Origin: Klebsormidium nitens
Taxonomy: Eukaryota; Plantae; Klebsormidiophyceae
Direction: 5' to 3'
Length of the DNA stretch: 64,000 nucleotides
Assembly (NCBI GenBank): GCA_000708835.1
Contig: DF236957.1
Location: forward strand, 124,001-188,000
Position 1 is the first letter of the stretch. Every line of letters begins with the position of its first letter. The notes beneath the pieces are model-generated. The model was not told the origin of the DNA. It worked only from the letters and a program-made list of their open reading frames with translations, and made no database searches. The translations under genes and the position numbers were made by a program. Below, in pieces: positions 50,274 to 61,600 of the stretch.

Positions 50274-53200
50274 TTAACTGCAGCTGCTACCGTCCGCGGG
50301 CGCTTTGGCGGTGTTGGCGACGCAATCGTCGCCAACGGTCGTGGTCTTGCTGGTGGCGTCTGACGTCACGGTGCACTGGGCGGCCTCCGTCGTGATCTGA
50401 CCAATCGCAGGGCCGGTCGTGTAATACTTGATCTGCAGCACAAAAGGAGACAGCTTTCAGAACGATCTTGCAAAGGAGCGGGCTAAAAGGACGTCGTGTG
50501 AACGAGAATCGGCGTGACGTTGAAAAAGGTCGAAGTTGCAGCCGAATTCTGTTGACGTGGAGCTCGCTCGAAGCCCCGTTAGATGCAAGGAACTTTTACT
50601 ACCGGGGGTTCGTGGTCATAAGGAACCTCCCAAACAGCAGGAAATCTGAACGTGCGAAACAGAAGGGGCGAGAAATTTAAAGAAGCGACTTTGATTTTTC
50701 CCGGTCTACCATCAGAGGGCCAGTCGATGTCAGACGTGTCCGCTCTGATTGATGTCGCTTGGTTCTACATTCCGAGACGGCCGCTGGAAAGGCACTTCGA
50801 GCGCGGGCGCGCACGAGAGCCTGCCTAAACCGCCGCCTATTTGGAGGTCTCAAAATCCGGGGTCGTCACAAAAACGTGATAGAGTTCGTTTTCCTAGGCC
50901 GCGCAAAACTGTTGATTATCATCCGTTGCGATTCGCATCTCGTCGAAAACGGCGACCAACACATACCGTGAAGGTGGCGCTGGTCGCCTCCACGATGACG
51001 AACCCGCCGTCCCCCCCGTTGGAGTAGATCTTGTTGGGCCCGCAGAAGTCGGAGTAGCCGTGCTGGGAGCCGGCCCCGGTTGTAACGTAGCTGGTGAAGC
51101 CGTTGCTGAAGTTACCGGGGTTGGCCAGGGTCATGATGTGGTCGTGGCCGTTGAAAAAGGCGACCGGCTTGTACTGGTTGATCAGAGCCACGATCTGCAC
51201 GATAAAAAATCGTTTAGTACCTTACTGTTCCCAGTCGACGAGGGTTAGGTGCAGCTGTGGCTGTTGATAAAGGGGCGGCGGTGCTGGCTGGTTGATGAGA
51301 GCCACAGTTTGCAAGCGGTGCTTTGGCAGGTTTCACGACAACCTTCGAGAAGCAACCCACCTTTGCTGGAACGAGTGGATGCTGTCCGTGTTTTACGCTT
51401 CAAAATCAACATTGAAAACGACACAGCGCCCAGTGCAAATTGTTGCGGCTCTTTGGGCCGAGCAATCTTGTACAGGTGCACAAGATTGAAGTGAATTTGT
51501 GATACAGAATATAGAACCTGTTTCACCATGAGAAGAATGTCTTACGGTACAACTTAAGCTCTACCATCGTTGCAACGCGCGAACTCCAGCAGATTGCGAC
51601 TAGAAATCTCAATGCGACGTTGCCCTGGGATAATATAGGCGGGCCCATTGAAACTCCACCCGGGATGTAACGTGATTGCCTGGGAGTCCCCCGGTCTTTG
51701 AAGGGCGGAGCCTTACCCGAGGGAACACGTTGGAGAGCCCGGCAGACGGGATACGGCCATACTCGACAGGTCTTAGCAAACATACTGGGTACCTTTCTTA
51801 CTTTTAGAAACGGCAACAAATCTTCCTGAAAGGTGCGGCTGTGTCTCGACAGCCGTTCGCGCACAGAGGAGCCATTGTTCTTACGGAACAAACGAAAACA
51901 AGTATCTTTCCGACGAGTGAAAGCCTTACCCGGGGGAACACGTTGAAGAGCCCGGCAGACGGGGTACGGCCATACTCGACGGCGGTTCCGAAGAGAGGGT
52001 AGTGGCTGACGATGAAAGTGTGGGTGGCGGTGGACGTCTTCAGGGCGTTCTCGACGAATGCGACAACGGCATCGGCGTACACCTGGTTGCTCTGCAGGGG
52101 ACAAACATGTCGAGTTTAGGACCGGATTGTTTAAGACAGTGGTTTTAAGAGTGGTTTAAGCCATTGATTAAGTGCTGAAATGTGGCTTGCGGTGGAAATC
52201 TTCAGGGCGTTCTCAACGAAGGCACGACGGCATCGGCGTACACCTGGTTGCTCTGCAGGAAAAGAACACCTATGGTTAAATACCGGGTTTAGGAAGGGTT
52301 CAGCCAGTGGTTAAAAGAACTGGTTTGGCAGGCGGTGAAGGTCTTGAACGCGTTCTTGACCAACACCACGACAGCATCGGCGTGAGCCTGGTTGCTCTGC
52401 AGAGATGGGAACAATCGGTTGGACGCCGGGCTTGCAGAAGGGACGCCGGGTCGAGGAAGATTTTGACAGTGGGTTAGGTCAGGTAGAGCAATGCTTGGAA
52501 CAGAGCGGGACGTAGTTGAGTTTGTCGAAACATCCTCGACGAAAATCACGAAAGCAACTGCGTACACCTGTCTACTTGCTCTAGTGCACGAAAAGGCGAA
52601 AGGGGAAGGGTCTCGCTTTAATCAGAGTTCACCATGAATCGAACAATCAGGATCAGAAGGGGTGATACTAGTGCCCTGGCTATGGACAGGTTTGGGCGCC
52701 TCCTGTCCTCGTGCACAAATCGAACCTCGCAAAAAGATCCACGGAAAGGCTTATTCTCTCCACAAAAAGAAGGGGACATATCCGAACTATATCATTTGCT
52801 TCTCACTGCTTTCGACCACCGCTCTCAAATTTTTTGATCGGATCCAAGCCTTACGTGGGAGGTGTACCACTGCTTGTTGTACTTGGGCGGGTTCTTGCCG
52901 GCGTAGCTCGCAATCCAGGGGTTCTCGTCGTAGAAGATCGCGCGGACCGAGACCCCATTGTACGCGAAATCGCGGACGAAGTTGGCGGCAGGAAGGTACC
53001 ACCTGCATTTATAGGCAGGTCGCACAAATTAGAAATGGCCGAAGCCCCATCACAGCCGTCCGATTTCCAGCTTAATTCAGTCGTCCAATCTTTCACTACA
53101 CAAAGTGCTTCTAAGCATGCTGATGTTTCTGAAAGCAGGTTTTTGGACTCGGCCACCGCTTTTCTTTTGAAAGAAGCGGATTTGAGCCGTTGACTTTGTC

Positions 53201-56200
53201 CACCTTGACAGGATGGACGGTGGTCACAGGCTGATGCGTTTGATCTGACGGGTAGGAGCAGAAGAGGAGGCCCTCAAGCCAAGTGAGCAGAATCGCTCTA
53301 CCATTTCTTGAACCTCTCGCGTTGGTTTTATACAATAAAAAAAAAACACGAAATTGACTTACGACCGAGAGTCTTCAACTTCGCCTGACGTTGTGACAAC
53401 CGCAATAATTGTGTTCAGACGGTTGGGAGTGAAAGTAGATCAGAATAAAATCTATTCCACGCCGCTACCTTGGACTCGGCTAATAACCCAAACGCCAGCC
53501 TTATAACTCATCCTTTCGTCAACCAGAGCCCGAATCAAACGGGTTCTACAAGGAGCCAGGAGACGTGCAGCCCCTACCGCTTGCTGAAGGAACACACCAT
53601 CCAGGCTGTGTCACTTGCTTTGAGAGTCCCAATTCGTTGGTGTAGCGTCATCGAGCGGTCCAGACTCTACCATATGCCCGATACAAGACCAGTCTGGTGA
53701 AGCCGCCAGGTTTGACGATATAGATGGAATGCACTTACTGGGGGTTGCCGAAGGACATCTCCTGCTCCATGGAGCCGTCGATAACCATGTCGTGGTTACC
53801 CAGGGTCGAGTGCCAAACCACGTTGCTCAGGGAAACGTTAGTAGGGGTTGTAGACGTCGAAGATGTCGGTCTTGAGACGGGTGGTGTCGCCCGTGTACAC
53901 TCCCTGTGAAACAGACAGAAATTGGGCGGTGTGTGAACAGGGTAAATAAAGCACGGCCGAAGAAAGAAGTTTTCCAGACAAACGAGAGCCTCGGGCAATG
54001 TTAAGCCATGCAGTCTGTGAGCAATTCGACGTTCAACTACCTAAGACTACTTTCCAGATGATGATGCACCTAGTGAGTTCTACCGTAGAAAGGTGGAGCT
54101 TTGCGAACCAATTTCACCAATTTCAGGGGCAACAGTCCTTTTGGTCGACGTTCTTCATGCCTAATCCTCTCAAAAAGCAGAGTTTTAACCTCTGGCAGCA
54201 CGACTCGCCAGAGCGTTTGCATACCCCGAGAACCGGGATCAGATCCCTTTCCAATTCCTCAAACGATGCTGGTGGGAGATGACTGCGAGCAAATCGCTAG
54301 CTATCAGCAGAGCCTCGCACACTCGCCCTTGATTTAGGAGGGACTGATCCAATGCTTGACCAAGAGTCACGCGTTCGTAGAATCTACTTTTAAGGGAAAG
54401 AATCGATGATAGATTCGAGACTCACGCATTCGTAGAAGTTGTCGCCCGTGTTGACGATGAAAGCGCACTTCTGGGCGTCGCACTCACCGGCCAGGAGCTT
54501 GGCGGTGGTAAGCTGCAGCTCGCCGCCTGAAATGCGGAACTAGAAGTATCTGAGAAAGGGCCGCAGAAAAGGTTGCAAAGCAGCGAAGAAAGGCGGACTT
54601 TGACGCGCAATCCGCACACAAGTGTTGGCTAGATAGTTTGAGACAGTTATGATTGTACACCGGATCGCTTGCGCCCTGAAGCGCAAGAGGAGTGTGTCTT
54701 TAAACCCCTCAACGTGAGGTCGCCTCGATGTGCGCTTACAAAGAAGGCAAAGCTGAGTTGCTGGAACCCTAGCTGCGCTGCCGTCAGCACAAGCCTTGAC
54801 ACCAGCTTCCGAACGTGCCTGCTTATGGCACGACGCGGGATACATCACGTGCTTAATTAACCAGACCACCAATCGACTTAAGAATCTTCGACTTTGCCAC
54901 TCGCAGCTGGAAAGCTCAGCATCTGCTAGGGCTTACTGAGACTAGATACGTATCCACTCGAGCATCTGGCGGTGGCAGGAACAGCAATACAACGACGCAC
55001 TGTGCACTAACTAGGAGAAGCTGGGGAGAAAGAGAAAGTGCGAATGAAGAGGCAACTCACCAACGGTGTCATTGTCGGAGAAGAGGGAGGCTGGGCACTG
55101 AGGGGCGCCCTCAGAGGGTTGGCCTCCAACACGGCCCACATCTGACCAAAGGATGAAGGAGCTGAGGTTAAGAATGCGCGTTTCCACAAAACCCCTTCAA
55201 GGGCGCGGCTGTCATTCCTAAATATGAACGCAGTGTTGAATATCTCGGTAATGGGAACTGGCGTGAAGATAGGAAGAGCTTGGAAGAGCTTGGAAGAAAG
55301 TAGGTCCTATCAGCATGAAACGACATAGCAGGTGTTTCAGCAGGAGGTTTTGGCAGCTTAAGCCACCGCATGCGACAATAAAAGTTACATGTATTTCTCC
55401 TTTTACCCGCCTGATTCAACGCTCACTCAAGATCGGAGACATTTGGTTTGGTCCAAAGGCAGTCTTCACAAGCAGTTTGCCAAACTTTACTTCTGGCAAT
55501 ATCCAGTGAATTACCAACCTGTTACTTAAAAAGCCAACAATTACTTAAGAGGCCAACTGGAAGTTGCAATACCACTCGTCCAAAAGTCAAAAGGTTTTGA
55601 CGACTCCAGTTCTGCACTCTCAAAGGTGCCGCCTCAATAGAAACTTCTGTCACCTTGTTAGCACAACCCTCACTCAAACACAAAACCACACCCCAAGCAG
55701 GATGGAAAGCATACATCCTCGTCAGTGACACATGTCAAGCAACCTGGCAATCTTTCTTGCCTTATACTCTACCTGGCAGATTGCCTTCTTCTATATCTCA
55801 ACCACCACTTCCAAACACTGGTCAAACCTAAACACCCCCGGGTAACCACCGCGCATGACATCAGCATCACACTCGCCTTCAGCCCTTGCCACTCCCACGA
55901 CAAGGGAGTCAGTATCAGAATCTTGCCACACTGTAAGTTGTAAATTAAGACCTCTCATCGAGTCTCACAGCAGCTTCTGAGAGCACCCCTTTCCCCTCAC
56001 CTCCAATCACGGCAAACTTGAGCGTGGGGTGGTACGTGTCCTGGAAGCTGCTGACGTCAGCAGTGGAAGCGGGAGCAAACTCCGGGAAGCCCGTATAGTT
56101 CACAGACGCAGGCGCAGGGGCGGGTGCGACAGTCGGGGAGGGGGTTGTAGGGGCGGGGTTAGTGGAAGAGGGGGAGGTGGGGGAGGGGGCGCCAGTGGTT

Positions 56201-57022
56201 GGAGCGGGGGTCGTGGCATTGGGGGTGTTCACAGTGGGAGAGACCCCCGGGACATTGTCGGCACAGAGGGGGGTTGAGGAGGGGGCGGTGGGACAGGAGT
56301 TGGAGCAGCAGATGGACTGGGACCCGCCGCTGTAAAAGAAGAGGAGGGAGCTCGCTGAGTGTGGACTACAGGGTCTTAGATAGGTCTAGCATTGGAGCCA
56401 AGGCTGGGCGCTGGTAACTGAGACTGGTTAAGGCCACAACTCTCAGGAAAGTTCCTTGGGTTAGGACTCATTGTATTGATATGGTGGGTGTGTAGGGCCA
56501 AAGATAGCTGCTGTCGGTCACTGGATTGGCATATAGATCTCATTTCAAGAGGAGCAAAGTTTGCAGCGAAAGGAAGCTGCTAAGTCTCACAATGTATGAT
56601 CTCAGTTTGAGAAAGATGGAAGCTTTCTCCAATGTTGGAGAGCTGGTAGACAGTGGCGCTGGAGGATACCCCGCATAGGCTGCAACACACCAGCCTAAGT
56701 TGTGACAAGAATGACGCGCCTGCAATAGCTCTCCCGCTCTTTTCTCGGGCCAGATGCTTTGAAAGCTGACTCAAGATTCTGACTTTCCCATGATCACTTG
56801 TTGTTCAGCAAACTACAAACTTTTGAGGAACTCCTATAAGATAAGTGAAAGTGGCTCTCAAGGGCAATACCTTGAGTAACTGACCTGTTAAAGCACTGGT
56901 TTGGGTAGGCGGAGAAGGGGTTGCACTGCGTCGGAGCAAACTGCTGCAGCTTCACGCGCAGCACTGGCGGGCCCAGCAAGGAGCAGACAAGCAGTCAGCG
57001 CAAGTAGAGTGAGCTGCGCCAT
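50274..57022 (-). CDS. Purple acid phosphatase (calcineurin-like metallophosphoesterase), secreted, with a Pro/Thr/Ser-rich stalk; two apparent +1 frameshifts (possible pseudogene or assembly error)
   Basis: Signal peptide MAQLTLLALTACLLLAGPASA. The five metal-binding motifs appear in order: GDVG (exon ~55141-55063), GDNFY (~54525-54426), GNHD (53903-~53730), IVSHYP (52091-51930) and GHDH (~51191-50965). The last exon stops at 50274. Frame breaks lie at ~56953 and ~53844-53847. Confidence 0.85.
51711..52590 (-). repeat. Echo copies on both sides of the PAP exon at 52091-51930
   Basis: Acceptor side: CCTGGTTGCTCTGCAG at 52082 (true), 52243 and 52387, plus a decayed copy at ~52530-52585. Donor side: CCTTACCCG.GGGAACACGTTG.AGAGCCCGGCAGACGGG.TACGGCCATACTCGAC at 51924 (true) and 51711. 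Confidence 0.9.
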
Positions 57023-58676
57023 GGTGAGAATACGCTCAGCTGCGCTGGGAAATATGACTGTTGAAATGTGGTGGAGATCAGGGCGAAGCTTTTGCACCGA
57101 TGGTTATGAATGAAAGGTGCAAGGAGGAAAGCTATACAATGTCCCAGGAGTTGGTGATCTGTTCAGACAAAGCCTACTTGGAGGCGCTCAAGCGACGGCC
57201 GATGTTGAATCTACTCACGAGACGCACTACTTGCAGAAGGATTTTGTCTGCAAAGAGGGTGGCATTTCCATTGGCATTGATCCATAGCCTGGACTCTCGG
57301 TTCCTAGGTGACTCTGCCATCATTCGGGTCTGCCGATCTTACCTACCGGTACTTGCTTTGAGTCTGGACAAATGCAGCAAAATGAAATGCTGTGACAAAT
57401 GGAATCTTTGGAGCAAAGTCATTATGGAAAATGGAATCTCATCATCTCAATCTTCGGCCGGATACTTCGGCCGACTGACCGGTGCCGGTATGGCCCCCCA
57501 GTCAGCTCTAAGAGCCAAACCCTGGCCGAACACCGACCTAGGGAGGTCCTACCGGTAACATCGAGATCCCGAAAGCTGATTGGTCAATTCTGAACACACG
57601 AGGGGGCAATTTCGCAATCATGCTCGGTCGCATAACGGCATTTGCCTTGTTGAACATGCATGCATTTGCTTTGGTTGCAGTAGGTAGATCCTCATGCTCG
57701 GCACGAACTGCGCAGTGCGGTACCAACCTACCTAATCGGTTTGCCACAGTACGGCCCGGAGGCCCCGGATCATAAAACTACGGTTTGCCCGACCAATGAC
57801 CGGTAGGTTTATGTACAATCTTGAGTACCGGTACGTACGGTACCTACATAGAACTCGGTTAACGGTTGCCGGGAAGGAACCGGTTAATCGTTCCCCACGT
57901 TTTTACGTGGGAGTATGCGAGAAGCCGCCTAAGGTTTAGGATTTGGATTCCTTGGGTTACGTGAGCTACCAGCTCAGGTCCTACCGGGCACTCAGTTTTG
58001 GTACCGTAGTCACCGGCGTCTGCTGAAACAAGCCAACGAGAATCTGGGACCCAGGGTTAACCCCCAGGGTACAAGCCCCCGGTCCTGTGTATTCATCCAG
58101 TATGTACCTTCGGCGTCCGGTATAGGTATAGAGCAACGCCGGAAGCAGCGAAAGTGAAACGTGGACTGTGGTCGACAACCCGATCGGGGATCTTCTTGTT
58201 CAACAAGATTGCAGTGGCAGTTGCCAGTGGATGTGGACCAGGGAATTGGGACTCCGAATTGGAGAACCTTTCCTGACGGGCTTCCTTGAGCATGCAGCTT
58301 GAGCTGTACTGAGCTGTCTTGGTAGCCTAGTAGTAGATTAGAATAGGTAGTTACATACTGTTGCACCCATTAGGGTGAGCGCTTTCTGAGGAGCTCCATT
58401 AGGAGCTCAGAGTTTATTTTCTTTTCCCCGGTTTTGCCACTTCTTATCTACTGCAGTGCAGGTATGGTTCCCACATTTAGCTTGCACTTGACCAGCTGCG
58501 CGCCGCCTAAGGGGATTCATAGCGCATGCAGGCACATTTGCTGGTGAAACGGAGTACAAAAGGGCGAGCTGTTGCTGGAATCTTCTCAAATACACCTCTC
58601 CACTCCCGCTTGCACTTTCAGCTGCCTGACTAAGTAGAGCTCTCCTCGGCCAAGGGGTAAATTCTGCCAGGCAAAA

Positions 58677-61600
58677 ATGCCCCCCGACGGGCAGAAGGAC
58701 TCCTGCTACGTTCGGATGGGGTCCTCCGTCCGCCCCGTCGATCAGGACACTTCCGCAAAGCCCCAGAGCTCAATTGAGGTGGTGCAGTATCACGCGGCTG
58801 ATCTGCAGCGCAGCCCTATTGACGTGCCCTGGGAGAAGAAATGGACGCCTCTCCCCCCTCTGGATCAAATTCCACCGGAAGAGCGGAGAGAGTGGATGGT
58901 CACCAAGAATGAAGACATCTTGGAGCTGATCGACAGGGCAGCGGAAGGAGCGCCGGAGAAGGTGGCGATCACGTGGCTGGGAGAGAAGGGGAAGGTGGAG
59001 GCGACCTACACGTTTGATCAGGTCGCCAGGAAAAGCCACGGGATTGCGCAGAAGCTGCTGCAGAAGTGGGGGCTCCGATCGGGGGACCACGTGATCCTGG
59101 TTTATCCCCCCGGCCCGGAGTTTTTCATTGCGTTCCTGGCATGCATGAGGGCAGGTGAGGGTCACACGCAGTGCTTGATTGCACGTACATCATGTTGAGC
59201 TGATGAGCTGATGCAAGCAGCACCGTCTGGGATTCAGGCGCCTGGCTGTCTTTTGATCAAACCAGAGTGGCAGCGTAAGCGCACGTCCAGCTGCGGTTGG
59301 CATCTTGGTGTCTGGACGGTGCGCCACAACCCTAATCTTGCGCAGCTGAGCTTTGATCAAGGTATGGCTAAGGTCAAGCCTACTGGCTGAGATTTTGACG
59401 GTTGCAAATTTTCAAAAAGGCTAGCCTGAGCTAGCAAAGGCTTGAGCTGCCAGTAAGGCGTTTGTTTTCTGGATGGTTTCTATAATGTACAGGTGCTTCA
59501 AAGTCTCCTTCTCAGCTGCTTGCACACTTTTATGATTACTTGCTCACTCCCTCCGATCTTTTTATTGATCCTGACGTTGTTCTTAGTGATTGATGATGGT
59601 TCGATCTCCTCCGTAGTTAGCGCCTTCCTAGCGCTCCGCCTCCGCTGTGAGCTGAGCCATTCAGCAGTGCAACACTCTAGGAAGATCAGGACTTGGCAGA
59701 TGTTTGTTTTTCATACAGCCTTCTCTTATTCAAGAACGACTGCGAATGGCATAGTGGTGCCGCTTTTAGCGGCCTTTCCTATGCTTGCAAGAGGGCACTC
59801 ATCTGGTTCTTGCCTAGGTTCTTGCCTGGGGTTCAATCTCAATCAGGAGTCAACGCAAGTGTCATCTCTGCAAATAGTGCGGCAACTCACTTTTGGCAGC
59901 TCAGGCCTGCTTTTGAATGCAGTCTACTTTCGAAATGGAGTCTGCTTTTATATTTGTGCCCGTTGTTCGTGATGCGAGATAAGCTGCAAATGAAGTGTGG
60001 ATTGATGAAAGGAGTAGTAGCCACATGGCTAAAGTCTATAGCCCATAGCCTTTTCCTAAGACTTTCCCTAGGCAGCTATACTTTTTGCCTCTTCCTCTCC
60101 GGTTGGTAATATACCACAAATGTAATAAAGCGTTCAAGCCGCGCTAGTCTTTTGGTTCCATCATTTGTCGTGTCCAAAAACCCAAGTTCTACGAGAATCA
60201 TGATTGGAATAAACTTTTGGCAAGGAGCGAGGGTTCAAGGGACCACGAGCGTGTTGCTTCAAGTTGCTGTTGGCGGCAAAAGTGGTGCTCTGATGTCATT
60301 CGTGCCACGTGGAATGCCTGCTCGTTGTGCGAATGCGTTTGACGTACTTCAAACGCCTGCGAGATTTCACAATTGCGTCTAGCTGCTACCGTCTAGAGGA
60401 CTGGACTGGAATTCTCCCACTGGTTGAGAACCATTGCTGACACCACCCGCTGCCATTGACATTTAAGCATTGACAACACCCTCAGGTTTAACATACTTCT
60501 TGCCACACGGCTTCTGGTTGGAACAGCACCCGTTTTGTCTGTCATCATTCTTGGTTGCTTGGTGTCCGCTGGTTTGTTAATTCCGCAGCTCACAATTGTC
60601 GACCAGCATATCTGGTCGAAGACAGAGAACTTAGTAATTGGTTGTTCTCTGTTTTGTATCCTGGCGGTGGTCATTTTGTTGGGCCGTCAAAATCCGCTTA
60701 CTTTGGGGTTGCAATCAAATGTTCCAAGCTGGGCACATCGCAACAATCCTTCCTGACAACCCAAGTATATTGGACGTCCAGACATGCACCGCTTCCCATC
60801 ACTTGTTCCTTCCAGTGTCTGCCGGTCTTGAGGTACCCCCCAGCCAATTGACCTAAGGAGCGACTTTTTGTGGAGATATAGGAGACGTAATCACACACGC
60901 GCTGACATTTTATTTCTTTCTCCAGGCGTTCTGGCCGGCCCAGCCCGCTGAACCTGGAGGGCAACATTGTTAAAGTGAATAGGTTCAACAAATTTCCTGA
61001 CACACCAGCTGAACACAGTTTGCTGACATTGTTAAGAGTGCACTGACGTCGTCGGTCCTTCCAGGCGTTGGGCTTTTCATGGCGCTGCAGGGCGCGCTTG
61101 CAATTTCAGCTGTTTGCCGGCGCCTTTGCTGACAACGTAGACACTTGCGCTGACGTCGTCGCTTGTTTTCCTAGGCGTTGTGGCGGTGCCGGTCTACTCG
61201 CCCAGCCCGCTGAACCTGAAGGCGGACATCTTAAAGCTGAACAGACAAATAAAATGTTCGGGTGGATGCCAGACGAATCCATTAAAGTAGTGCTGACATC
61301 ATCGCTTGTTTCCCCAGGCGTTGTGGCGGTGCCGGTGTATCCGCCCAGCCCGCTGAACCTGAAGGGCGACATGTTCAAGCTGGACCACATTGCCACCAAC
61401 TCGGGCAGCAAGGTGGCGCTCACGACGGGGCTGTATAAGAACGTGGTCCGAATATCCAAGCTGAGGGGGGTCAAGTGGCCGGTTAAGGACTGGTATACCA
61501 CCGACAAGGTCGAGGTGAGGGCAGATGAGAGCTCTTTGGGGTTTAGGCTTTCAGGAATGCTCCGTATTATTTACGGAGGCCGTCGGTTTGTGTGCTGAGG

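Noticed and set aside
57350-58600. Palindrome-rich (GTACCGGTAC) divergent promoter region and an HTC-containing ORF as a MuDR relic
   Set aside because: No paired termini or TSD found, and the HTC match is too short to be meaningful.
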